In this document: positions 45,955-54,568 of the stretch, one piece after another
Layout: the number at the start of each line of letters is the position of its first letter
Numbering within the stretch: position 1 is the first letter of the stretch
Source: Eubacteriales bacterium
GTDB lineage: Bacteria; Bacillota; Clostridia; Oscillospirales; CAG-382
DNA: 64,000 bases
Direction: 5' to 3'
Assembly: GCA_028702135.1 (NCBI GenBank)
Contig: JAQVPJ010000008.1
Coordinates: 11,861-75,860, forward strand
The notes under the pieces: model-generated
What the model saw: only the letters and a program-made list of their open reading frames with translations
Told to the model about the DNA's origin: nothing
Database searches by the model: none
Position numbers and translations under genes: made by a program

Positions 45955-47350
45955 AATCCGTAATTTACTAAAAAACGACCTTTATTCACTTTTTATACCT
46001 GAAAAAGAAAAGGTTTTGCCGGAGCAGGCATTACTGCCGAAAAGAAAAGAAAACGGAAGACAAATATTTCGGATTCGCCCGTTAAAAGCAGCACTGGCTT
46101 GTTTGTTACTAATAGTATTATGCACGAGTTTATATCTGCCTTTGAAGTATTCTGCACCTCCGGTTGTTGACGATACTTCGATAGATTCGAATATACCTTC
46201 AATCAACTCAACAGGTACAACTTCATCCGGTGTTGCCGAAGAACCAAAGTTTGTAATCTCAGCGGATGTTTATGATGGTTCTTTGAACAAAGACGAAGGC
46301 ATCCCGAATAGTTCAGAAATATATATATCCGACATGTTAAAAACAAAAATGGAGGAATACAAGGGTCAGGATGTATTGTTCAGGGTGTTAGTCGATTTAC
46401 CTGCAACTCAGGAAGAAACACAGAATTTTTTAGAAAATATACTTTTTGAGTCTGATGAATATACCAAATTTGCTAACAGAATCCGGGAATTGGAAGCTGA
46501 ACTTGAGACTTATAGCGAATATATCGAAATTGCAGCGGAATATCATCGTATTGCAACCGAAATAAAAGAAGAGACCATGGAGCCTAATCAGGAATTCGAG
46601 GAGCTAAAAAAAGAGTATGAGCGTATAAAACCTTTTAGTGACAGAGCGCGTGAGATTTATGAAGAAATTCACAGAATTAAAAGAATTTGTCTATTCAGGT
46701 ACTACGACGTGTTAAAATCCGAGAAACTTGAATTCGCCAAAAATTTAGGTGCTGTTATTGCAGAGCCGGAATACACAGATTCTGAGATTAAACTTTCCTA
46801 TTTCGGCAATACCGATGCTATTGTTATGAACTTGTCTGAGGGTATAATTACAGAGATGGCTGCACGCGGAGGCTTTGCTTTCAAGCTTGCTGCACCTGAC
46901 CGTGCGGAGGGATATGACGGTAAAATCTCAGATTCGCTCACCGTGCTTCTGGATCAAGCTTCGACAGACGATAAGTACCACGTTGCTGTTGTAACCGTAT
47001 TGGATAAGACCAACGGATTCGCTTCATATAGGTTTGCACAATATAATCCTAAATATAATACTTCACTAAACAAAGGCCTTCAGGGTGTATTAACTAACGA
47101 AAGAGTAAAAGAATTTATCGATGATATTCTGGCAAGAAACAGCATTTCCGAAATGCGGATAAAGAACAGTAATCTACCGGACTTTTGTATAGCAAACGAT
47201 GGAGAAACGAACGTTTTTATTGGGTATGCCGGTTTTGAGGCAGACCTGACAAAAGAGCAGATACTCACTTTAACCGAAGATCCGGATGTAAAGGTTATCT
47301 ATCCTATGAATGTTTCCGGTGCTGATGATTATGTCAATGGTGACGCTTAA
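45938..47350 (+). CDS. putative single-pass anti-sigma factor with an ectodomain of two subtilase-propeptide-like modules
   Basis: Overlaps the sigma gene by 17 nt. It has a short cytoplasmic N-terminus, one TM helix (LKAALACLLLIVLCTSLYL) and an ectodomain of about 400 aa. The ectodomain resembles the pro-region of the adjacent S8 protein, including a strong I9-like motif YAGFEADLTKEQILTLTEDPDVKVIYP. Confidence 0.6.
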   Translation: MFKKSRIRNLLKNDLYSLFIPEKEKVLPEQALLPKRKENGRQIFRIRPLKAALACLLLIVLCTSLYLPLKYSAPPVVDDTSIDSNIPSINSTGTTSSGVAEEPKFVISADVYDGSLNKDEGIPNSSEIYISDMLKTKMEEYKGQDVLFRVLVDLPATQEETQNFLENILFESDEYTKFANRIRELEAELETYSEYIEIAAEYHRIATEIKEETMEPNQEFEELKKEYERIKPFSDRAREIYEEIHRIKRICLFRYYDVLKSEKLEFAKNLGAVIAEPEYTDSEIKLSYFGNTDAIVMNLSEGIITEMAARGGFAFKLAAPDRAEGYDGKISDSLTVLLDQASTDDKYHVAVVTVLDKTNGFASYRFAQYNPKYNTSLNKGLQGVLTNERVKEFIDDILARNSISEMRIKNSNLPDFCIANDGETNVFIGYAGFEADLTKEQILTLTEDPDVKVIYPMNVSGADDYVNGDA

Positions 47351-47381
47351 TAATATGCCCCCCCTCTTTTCACATAACAAA

Positions 47382-47425
47382 GGAGCTTCCTTCCGGATAA
47401 TATTTCCGAGAGGAAGTTCCTTTTT
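47382..47425. terminator. bidirectional terminator between the anti-sigma and S8 genes
   Basis: GGAGCTTCC, a 21 nt loop, GGAAGTTCC, then TTTTT. The minus strand gives TTTGTTAT after the stem. Confidence 0.6.
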
Positions 47426-47456
47426 AGTCAGTATATTATTTCTGACAAGCTAAAGG

Positions 47457-49184
47457 TTACCACCATGCAACCCCGTAATAAACAACCTTGTCCGAATTGG
47501 AATACTGTTTAACCATTATTCTGTACTGCCCTACCATTGTAGGCTCAAAATCTACGATTTCTAAGTTATTGCTGCCGCTTGTCGCGTATTCAATAAGATT
47601 TCCGTTTGGATCGTAAACATACAGGTCAAGATCTGCAAGCCTGCCTAATGTAGGAGTTCCTGTCGTATGGCTTCCGGTAATATAGGAGTGCTTATCCCAT
47701 GTAAGAGAAACTCTTATTTGATCATCGGAGGAGGAAACGTTAAAATAATAGTTTACCGTCGAACCGTTTGCACTGTTTGCTGCAAATGTAGATGAAGCAT
47801 AACGTCCGTTAGCAACCGTATATCTGGAACCCTGCGCATCCACGAGTCCTGCTCCGTAAATATTGAAATTGGTCGTCTGCGATGTTTCATAATGAATGTA
47901 ATCATGGTTTACGGAAGCGGTTATTATCGCTTTTAATGCCGCCTGTTTCGTCTTCAATGTGGCGTTGAGATGCAGCATCTGTGCGACCACAGCAGTCACA
48001 TGCGGTGCGGCAAAACTAGTGCCTGAATCCGTTCCGGCGTCAGTCGTAATGTTGCTTCCGGGAGCAACTAAATCCGGCTTGGTTGTATTGCCCGATACTT
48101 GCGTATAGCTTGAATAGCTTGCAATTGCGTCATCGCTCTGATACGATGTGTTATTGTCGTCTATCGCTCCCACGGTTATCACATTGTATGCCATTCCCGG
48201 AGAGGCGACATATCCGCCGTTGTTTCCCGCAGCAACAACATAATGTACGCTGTGCATTATAGCTATATGATCCACCCACATATCGTTTGAACCATATGTT
48301 CCTGTAGAGCTGAATCCGTGACTCATATTAATCACATTGACGCCCTGGCTTAACAGCCACTCAACCCGTGCTTTCCAGTTTCCTGTCATTCTTGTTGAGT
48401 ATATCTGAACATCAGGTGCGATCTCAATAATTATACTTGCTACTTCGTTAGCATGTAAAGTGTTGTAATATGAAACATTAGGATCATATGTAATGTTTGC
48501 CGCGGCTAAATCCGGCGTTGCTGTTTTACTCGGCATTCCGCTTTCGATTTGCCCCACTTTTATTCCGCTACCCGTTAATCCGAAAGTGTCTCTCGTATAG
48601 TTTGCTCTAATAAGCGGAACGCTTACATTACAAGAGTCACTTCCTTGACATTCATCCCGGTAATAAATACTCAACACCCGGCTGTCCTGTGATAACTTCT
48701 CTATCTCGTTTTTTGTCAAATCCATGGAGATCATAGGTGCGTACTGGCTTTTAAATATAATTTTGCTCTCAAGACCTTCTAAGTCTACGGTTTTCAGGAA
48801 TTTTTCGTGCGCTATGTTCTGTTTTGCTTTCGAAATCTCCCTTTCCGCAAGGATATATGCATCATATTTTTTCGATTGTTTTGCAGTTGTCATATATCCG
48901 TTTATTTTAGCCGCTTGTTCCAAAGACTCTTTAGCCAGGGATTCCTTGTTATACCCCGTAACTGCCTTAACCTCACTCTCGATTTCAGCTTCGTCTACCC
49001 CTTTAAACCACACATCGACCGGAATGAGTTCCTCTTTTTCCCCGTTCTCAAGCACTTCTGCGAGTTTTTCTGTTATTTTGCTGCTGTCGCTTGCCATACT
49101 CTCGGCACTTACAAGATTACAGGGAATTGAAAACAATAATGTAAAAACCAATATCAAAGATAGCACTTTAATGTTTTTTTTCAT
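47457..49184 (-). CDS. secreted subtilase (S8) homologue with a pro-region, a C-terminal P/prepeptidase-like domain and an atypical catalytic-site sequence
   Basis: Signal peptide ending VSAES, GTSFAAPHVTA (Ser) and AAGNNGG (oxyanion Asn). The Asp motif reads VGQIESG and the His motif reads TLHANEVAS. ATG 49184 is preferred to TTG 49190. Confidence 0.8.
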   Translation of the reverse strand: MKKNIKVLSLILVFTLLFSIPCNLVSAESMASDSSKITEKLAEVLENGEKEELIPVDVWFKGVDEAEIESEVKAVTGYNKESLAKESLEQAAKINGYMTTAKQSKKYDAYILAEREISKAKQNIAHEKFLKTVDLEGLESKIIFKSQYAPMISMDLTKNEIEKLSQDSRVLSIYYRDECQGSDSCNVSVPLIRANYTRDTFGLTGSGIKVGQIESGMPSKTATPDLAAANITYDPNVSYYNTLHANEVASIIIEIAPDVQIYSTRMTGNWKARVEWLLSQGVNVINMSHGFSSTGTYGSNDMWVDHIAIMHSVHYVVAAGNNGGYVASPGMAYNVITVGAIDDNNTSYQSDDAIASYSSYTQVSGNTTKPDLVAPGSNITTDAGTDSGTSFAAPHVTAVVAQMLHLNATLKTKQAALKAIITASVNHDYIHYETSQTTNFNIYGAGLVDAQGSRYTVANGRYASSTFAANSANGSTVNYYFNVSSSDDQIRVSLTWDKHSYITGSHTTGTPTLGRLADLDLYVYDPNGNLIEYATSGSNNLEIVDFEPTMVGQYRIMVKQYSNSDKVVYYGVAWW

Positions 49185-49348
49185 TTTCAAAATTCCTTTC
49201 TTTTACCTTTTTGTCTGATGGCCTTATCAACTGTTTATTTGCTATGTTAAGGCGGCTCATGAATGCGTTCCGAAAACCGATACATACTGACTTCACCTCC
49301 TGTTTTTTTACATAATATCTTATGTTTTGTAAATAATTGCCATTAATA

Positions 49349-49368
49349 ACAAATATGTAAATATTTGT
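49349..49368. promoter_or_regulatory. perfect 8-4-8 inverted repeat at the predicted +1 of the S8 promoter (candidate operator)
   Basis: ACAAATAT-GTAA-ATATTTGT, located 10-30 nt downstream of the -10 box on the minus strand. Confidence 0.45.
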
Positions 49369-49377
49369 GTCCTTTTT

Positions 49378-49405
49378 ATTATACCACATTTTTTAAAATT
49401 GTCAA
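49378..49405 (-). promoter_or_regulatory. near-consensus extended -10 sigma-A promoter of the S8 gene
   Basis: The minus strand reads TTGACA, a 16 nt spacer ending in TGG, then TATAAT. This implies a leader of about 185 nt. Confidence 0.6.
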
Positions 49406-49460
49406 TATATGTAATATTAATTTTAATACGACAAAATTCTATCTTTTTTTCTAAAAAAGC

Positions 49461-49489
49461 TTGCTTATTTTTACCGGTGATATTAGAAT
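49461..49489 (+). promoter_or_regulatory. sigma-A promoter of the serine hydrolase gene
   Basis: TTGCTT, a 17 nt spacer, then TAGAAT. A GGAGG SD at 49511 and the ATG at 49521 follow. Confidence 0.45.
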
Positions 49490-49520
49490 GTTGGCGAAAA
49501 AACAACTTTCGGAGGAAAAC

Positions 49521-50933
49521 ATGAACAACATTCATCTGACAAGGGGAGCAAACCCGGGAGCAGTGTGTGATTTTATAAATAGCTGTTACGACTCGGGAAC
49601 AAATCTTCATTCCTTTCAATATGTGAAGGGTGGCAGGGTTGTAGCAAAAGTGGCTTTAAGTCCTTACTCTTTCATCGAAAAAATGCTGGTTTATTCGCTA
49701 TCCAAGTCATTTACCTCCGCTTGTGTCGGGGTGGCACAATCGGAGGGCATTTTGAACATCGACGAAAGGATTGTGGATATATTCCCCGATAAATGTCCCG
49801 ATATTATAAGTGAAAATCTCTCTGAAATGCGTATAAAGGATTGCTTGTGTATGACAAGCGGACATTCTGCTTGTGTTTTTGAGCATCTCCAGAACCAAAA
49901 AGACCCCGTCAGGTATTTTTTATCGCAACCTTTAGATTACCGTCCGGGAACAACATTTGTTTACAGTACTGCGGCGACATTCATCTGCGGAGCTGCCGTT
50001 ACAAAAAGAAGCGGGATGAACCTGCTTGATTATTTATACGAAAAAGTCCTGAAGAAAATGGATTTGGAAAAACCCGAATGGAGGAGCTGCCCCGATGGCA
50101 GCAAGTTCGGCGGCACGGGGCTTGTTATTTCCGGCGACAGTATAACCGAATTCGGAAAGATGATCTGCAACGGCGGCGTTTATAAGGGAAAGAAAATTAT
50201 CCCCGAGGAGTGGATAAAAACCGCGTCTTCGATTCATTCGGTCACTCCCAAAAACGGGACGGCTGACTGGACTGCGGGTTACGGATATCAGTTCTGGTTA
50301 AACGCGCGGGGAGGTTTTCGCGGTGATGGTGCATATGGTCAGCTTTGTATGATCTTTCCCGAACGAGATATTGTTTTTACCGTGCTGAGTGAATCCATAA
50401 ACATGCAGAAGGAGGTTGACTGTGTATATCGGCTTCTTGATGAAATAGACAAACCGGACGACGGCAGGATTGAAGAATTGAAGACTCTTGTTCAGACTCT
50501 TTATCTTCCAGAAAAGTGTAAGAGTGACTTTAAGAGAGTAGAGTACAAGCCAAAAAAAAATATCGCAGGTATATCTGCGATAGTGCTTGATCCGTGCGAC
50601 GACGGTATTGTTGTTAGCCTGGAATGTGATTACAAAACGCAAAAAATCCAGTGCGGCAATGGTTTTTACAAGAAAAACCAACTGCTACTAAAAAACCTTA
50701 CACCGGGCATCTGGACAAAATTTATTGAAGAAAAACCGCGTGAGATTAATGTTTATGCCTCGTACAACGACAGTTCGCAAAACGAAATAACCGTTACCCT
50801 GCGTCACATAGACGCTCCGCATACGCAGGTTTGGCATTTTCCCAAAAAAGAAGACGGGGATTGGTATATCACAATGCACTGCGGCGCATTAAATCCGCAG
50901 ATTGTGAAAACGCCCGTAATTATTAACCGATAA
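49521..50933 (+). CDS. serine hydrolase of the beta-lactamase (class C / esterase) family with a C-terminal extra domain
   Basis: SxxK motif SLSKSF near residue 60. About 470 aa from MNNIHLTRG. The start follows GGAGGAAAAC. Confidence 0.75.
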   Translation: MNNIHLTRGANPGAVCDFINSCYDSGTNLHSFQYVKGGRVVAKVALSPYSFIEKMLVYSLSKSFTSACVGVAQSEGILNIDERIVDIFPDKCPDIISENLSEMRIKDCLCMTSGHSACVFEHLQNQKDPVRYFLSQPLDYRPGTTFVYSTAATFICGAAVTKRSGMNLLDYLYEKVLKKMDLEKPEWRSCPDGSKFGGTGLVISGDSITEFGKMICNGGVYKGKKIIPEEWIKTASSIHSVTPKNGTADWTAGYGYQFWLNARGGFRGDGAYGQLCMIFPERDIVFTVLSESINMQKEVDCVYRLLDEIDKPDDGRIEELKTLVQTLYLPEKCKSDFKRVEYKPKKNIAGISAIVLDPCDDGIVVSLECDYKTQKIQCGNGFYKKNQLLLKNLTPGIWTKFIEEKPREINVYASYNDSSQNEITVTLRHIDAPHTQVWHFPKKEDGDWYITMHCGALNPQIVKTPVIINR

Positions 50934-50934
50934 A

Positions 50935-51417
50935 CTATTTATGATATTTTCTGCCGGTTATTATTGTAAAAGCTCTATAAATCTGTTCCGCCAGGATTGG
51001 TCGAATCATCTGGTGAGGAAAGGTCATTTCGGACAACGACAGCAAATAATCGCATTCTGTTTTAAGCCGCCCGTCGATACCGTGACTGCTTCCTATTATA
51101 AAAACAACATCACAATGCTCCTGCTGCGTTTTGTTGAGTAGATCTGCAAAACCTTCGCTCGACAACCCTCTGCCCTCGACGCAGAGGGCAATTTTATAAC
51201 AACGCTTTGGAATCTTCTGCCTTATGCGAACCGCTTCGGTTTTCAGCGCTTTTTCTATCAGAGCGGCATTATCCTCGTTTTCAGGCAATCTTTCATCCTT
51301 TATAGCGATTAAATTATAATCGCAAAAAGCCTTTAGCCGTTTACAATACTCCCTCTCTGATTGAATCAGACAATCCTCTTTACAATCTCCCACATGTATT
51401 ACGCTTATCGATAACAC
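50935..51417 (-). CDS. rlmH: 23S rRNA (pseudouridine1915-N3)-methyltransferase
   Basis: 160 aa SPOUT protein. The C-terminus LSEMTFPHQMIRPILAEQIYRAFTIITGRKYHK is diagnostic. Confidence 0.92.
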   Translation of the reverse strand: MLSISVIHVGDCKEDCLIQSEREYCKRLKAFCDYNLIAIKDERLPENEDNAALIEKALKTEAVRIRQKIPKRCYKIALCVEGRGLSSEGFADLLNKTQQEHCDVVFIIGSSHGIDGRLKTECDYLLSLSEMTFPHQMIRPILAEQIYRAFTIITGRKYHK

Positions 51418-52025
51418 TAATCCGCCTCCGACCGGTTTTGTTTCCGTGTTGTGTTTGCATGTTTATTTTTCTTTTTCACAGAGAATCCGAACGAACCTAT
51501 TTTCTTGCCGAGAATATAGTATGAGCCATGAGAATAGGCGAACAAACCCGCTTTTTCAAGCCTCAACCTCCCGTTTTCATCGATAAGATGCTCCTCGACA
51601 TCAACAGCAACAATATCGGCAATAAACATATCGTGCGAGCCGAGCTGGATCACCTCGACAACCTTACACTCAATAGCAACCGGACATTCCGCAATTACAG
51701 GGCAGGATATTACGGATGCTTTTTCGGGATTAATATCAAGTACGGCAAATTTATCGACTTCTCTGCCGCTTTTTACTCCACAGAAATCCACAATACGCAC
51801 AAGATTAGAACTCGGAAGGTTAATGCAAAATTCTCCGGTTTTTGAAATAAGTTCATGTGTATACCGCGACGGGCGAACCGAAATATAGAGCTTTGCCGGG
51901 TTGGTATTCAGTATTCCCGTCCATGCGACGGTACAGACATTACGTTTTTCTCCATCTGCGCTTGTTACCAGAACCGCCGGCACGGGAGACAAAAGAGCTC
52001 CGCCTTTCCAGTTTGTTTTTGCCAT
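51417..52025 (-). CDS. flavin reductase-like FMN-binding protein
   Basis: 202 aa with a flavin reductase domain pattern (VLVTS...NVCTVAW...) and a basic C-terminal tail. Confidence 0.75.
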   Translation of the reverse strand: MAKTNWKGGALLSPVPAVLVTSADGEKRNVCTVAWTGILNTNPAKLYISVRPSRYTHELISKTGEFCINLPSSNLVRIVDFCGVKSGREVDKFAVLDINPEKASVISCPVIAECPVAIECKVVEVIQLGSHDMFIADIVAVDVEEHLIDENGRLRLEKAGLFAYSHGSYYILGKKIGSFGFSVKKKNKHANTTRKQNRSEAD

Positions 52026-52028
52026 ACT

Positions 52029-53798
52029 TTACTCCTTTTCTTTATCTTCGCTAACCTTAGGCATAACAGCGTCAACAAACGCTGTCCAGTATTTTTCATA
52101 TGTTACGAAACCCGGCGGCGAGCCGTTCGGTTTTTTTAAATAGCGTATCTGTGTGTAATCTACTCCGATATTTTCACTGCCTCGCTTCTCGGAATGATAT
52201 GCCGCTATCATCGCCGCTTCTGTATAATCCGTAGCGGACGGTTCTCTTCCCTCTGTATATAAAACCGTGTGTGAACCATGAAAGCCTTTTATATGGAACC
52301 ATATATCCAGTTTATCCGCAGATGATGTAATGCTGTCGTTATCCCTGTTGTTTTTTCCCACCCTTACGGCGAAACCTCCCGAGGTGGTAAAAGCCAAGGG
52401 CTTTAACACGGGGGTTCTCTGCTTTTTTCCTTTTGCTCTGTCGGCAATATAACCGGTGACGACAAGCTCTTTTCTGATCTCGCTGAGTTCATTGACGTTA
52501 GTCGAGCGAGTAATAAAATCGAGCACACTCTCAAGATACTTGATCTCGGTCTCTGCTTTGGTAATCTGGTCTCTCAGAATTGCCTCCGCATTCTTTAGCT
52601 TTGTGTATTTTTTATATCGATTTTGAGCATTTTTAGCAGGAGTAATCCTTAAATCAAGGTTCAGCTCTACCTCAATTTCCTTCTCGTAATCATATAAACG
52701 AATCCTTGTATCTCCCTGTTTTAAACGGTACAAGTTAGCGGTTATAAGGTCTCCCTCTTTTTTGAAAATGTCCCGTTTCCCACATTCCTCAAGCTCCTCC
52801 CTCTGTAAATTTATCTTCTTGTGCAATCTTGTCAAGGAGTTATTCACCACTTTGAGGATATCTGAGGCATATTGCTTTATACCCGCTCTTTCGGTTTTGC
52901 TTCCATAATATTCTATAAGAAGCTCAGAGAAGCTCTCTTTTTTTTCGCTTACCGCAAGAGGTGCGTACTGCTCTATCTCAATAAAGGAATATTCTATCCC
53001 CTCGCCGTCCTTATTGCGTACGATTATGGGTGTGAAATCCTTTTTCTCCACAATGTCGTCAAGCTTTCTTATCTGATCATAAAAGCTTTCCTTACCAAGC
53101 TCAAAAACACAAGCGTCAGTTCTGCCACAGGCCCTGTAAACCACTTCACGCGCCACAAGTGGAGAAAAAGCGAAAAAGTTCGAAACCAAAAAGTCGTCCG
53201 CGCGCTTTTGACCGTCCCGTTCAAGGAGAGAATAAAACGCTTCTTTTGAGCTTACAGCATACGAAACAGAGACTTTGTTCTGCTTCGGAGGCGTCTGATA
53301 GGGCATTCCAGTCATAATCTGACGCGCCGAAGCTGTTATATCGGACAACGAGGATGCGCCGAGTATTCTGTCATCCTCGCCGCATAACAGAATATTCGAG
53401 TATTTCCCCATCATTTCAGCGTAAATAAACCGCTTTTTCATATAGCCCATATCATCTGTACCGCTAAATTCAAATCGGATTATCCGCTCTTCCTTTAAGC
53501 ATGATACCGAAGCGATGTGAGCATTCAGAAGATGCTTTCTGAACAGCATACATTGAGCCGTCGGTTGCTCCGGGCGCATTGGTTCGTCTTTACTCAGAGC
53601 GATTACAGGGTTGGAAGCAGTTGCGGAAATGATCAAATTAGAACGGGAGGATACTCTGCCGTCTTTGCAATCGGACGTTCTGTATAAAGAAAGGCACAAG
53701 GACGAGGGCGAGCTGAAAAACAGCTTGTCCACTCTTGCGCCTGCCCAATTATTCAATTCTGCCGCTACTGCAATACAGAAAAAACCGTCAAATGCCAT
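52029..53798 (-). CDS. rqcH: ribosome quality control protein RqcH (NFACT / FbpA family)
   Basis: N-terminus MAFDGFF and a coiled-coil middle region. The C-terminal NFACT-R region reads DIWFHIKGFHGSHTVL. Confidence 0.88.
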   Translation of the reverse strand: MAFDGFFCIAVAAELNNWAGARVDKLFFSSPSSLCLSLYRTSDCKDGRVSSRSNLIISATASNPVIALSKDEPMRPEQPTAQCMLFRKHLLNAHIASVSCLKEERIIRFEFSGTDDMGYMKKRFIYAEMMGKYSNILLCGEDDRILGASSLSDITASARQIMTGMPYQTPPKQNKVSVSYAVSSKEAFYSLLERDGQKRADDFLVSNFFAFSPLVAREVVYRACGRTDACVFELGKESFYDQIRKLDDIVEKKDFTPIIVRNKDGEGIEYSFIEIEQYAPLAVSEKKESFSELLIEYYGSKTERAGIKQYASDILKVVNNSLTRLHKKINLQREELEECGKRDIFKKEGDLITANLYRLKQGDTRIRLYDYEKEIEVELNLDLRITPAKNAQNRYKKYTKLKNAEAILRDQITKAETEIKYLESVLDFITRSTNVNELSEIRKELVVTGYIADRAKGKKQRTPVLKPLAFTTSGGFAVRVGKNNRDNDSITSSADKLDIWFHIKGFHGSHTVLYTEGREPSATDYTEAAMIAAYHSEKRGSENIGVDYTQIRYLKKPNGSPPGFVTYEKYWTAFVDAVMPKVSEDKEKE

Positions 53799-54552
53799 AT
53801 TCTCGCTCTGCCTCAAAGGGCATTATTTCTATTTCCAAATCGGGGAATTCCTCTAAAAGTAATACTTTTAACCTTTGGAGCACCACGTTCTCGGTCGCAT
53901 AATGAGTTCCACAGACCACGTTCAGACCGATTTCCCTTGCTTCGATAAGGCTCGAATGGTTCATTTCCCCGGTAAGAAAGGTGTCTGCCCCTGCTTTTTT
54001 CGCATCTGTTATATACTCTTTGCCGCTTCCGCTTACAACCGCAACCTTATTTACCGGTTTCCCGCAGTAAACACCGCTTGTACTGTTTATACCCAAAGCG
54101 TTCTTTACATGCCTGCGAAAATCATCATAGCTCATTTCTTCGTTAACAAAGCCTATTCTTCCGCAGGGCTCCATTTTTTGTGTGTCGAAAAGTCCGATTT
54201 TTTGCGATAGGCAATCACAAACACCGCCCTCGACCTCATCAAGACGGGTATGATAGGACAAAACGGATATGTCGCTTTTTACGCATTCCATCAAACGCTT
54301 TCCGTAAGCGTCCGAACCAACCAATCGGGTAAGCGGACTAAAGATAAGCGGGTGATGTGTTACTATTAATTCTGCCGAAATTTCTATTGCTTTTTTTATA
54401 ACAGCGCTTGTAGCGTCCAAAGCCACTATAACGCGTTTTATGCTCGCTTCATCGTTAGTGTTTACCATTACGCCATCGTTATCCCACGGCTCTGAGAGTG
54501 ATTCAGGCAGTATTCTGTCAAAATATTCTATTATATCCTTAATTTTTGCCAT
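53788..54552 (-). CDS. Nif3-like dinuclear metal centre protein
   Basis: 254 aa with LIVTHHPLIF and CGTHYATE motifs. Confidence 0.88.
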   Translation of the reverse strand: MAKIKDIIEYFDRILPESLSEPWDNDGVMVNTNDEASIKRVIVALDATSAVIKKAIEISAELIVTHHPLIFSPLTRLVGSDAYGKRLMECVKSDISVLSYHTRLDEVEGGVCDCLSQKIGLFDTQKMEPCGRIGFVNEEMSYDDFRRHVKNALGINSTSGVYCGKPVNKVAVVSGSGKEYITDAKKAGADTFLTGEMNHSSLIEAREIGLNVVCGTHYATENVVLQRLKVLLLEEFPDLEIEIMPFEAEREYGI

Positions 54553-54568
54553 ATAACACGCCTTTCTT

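Noticed and set aside
49240-49262. A GGAAC pentamer in the S8 leader could be an ECF-type -35 element linking the S8 gene to the adjacent sigma.
   Set aside because: The sequence 16-17 nt downstream (TTAACA) does not resemble the CGT-type -10 of ECF promoters. A single pentamer match is expected by chance. The question is left open for experimental regulon mapping.
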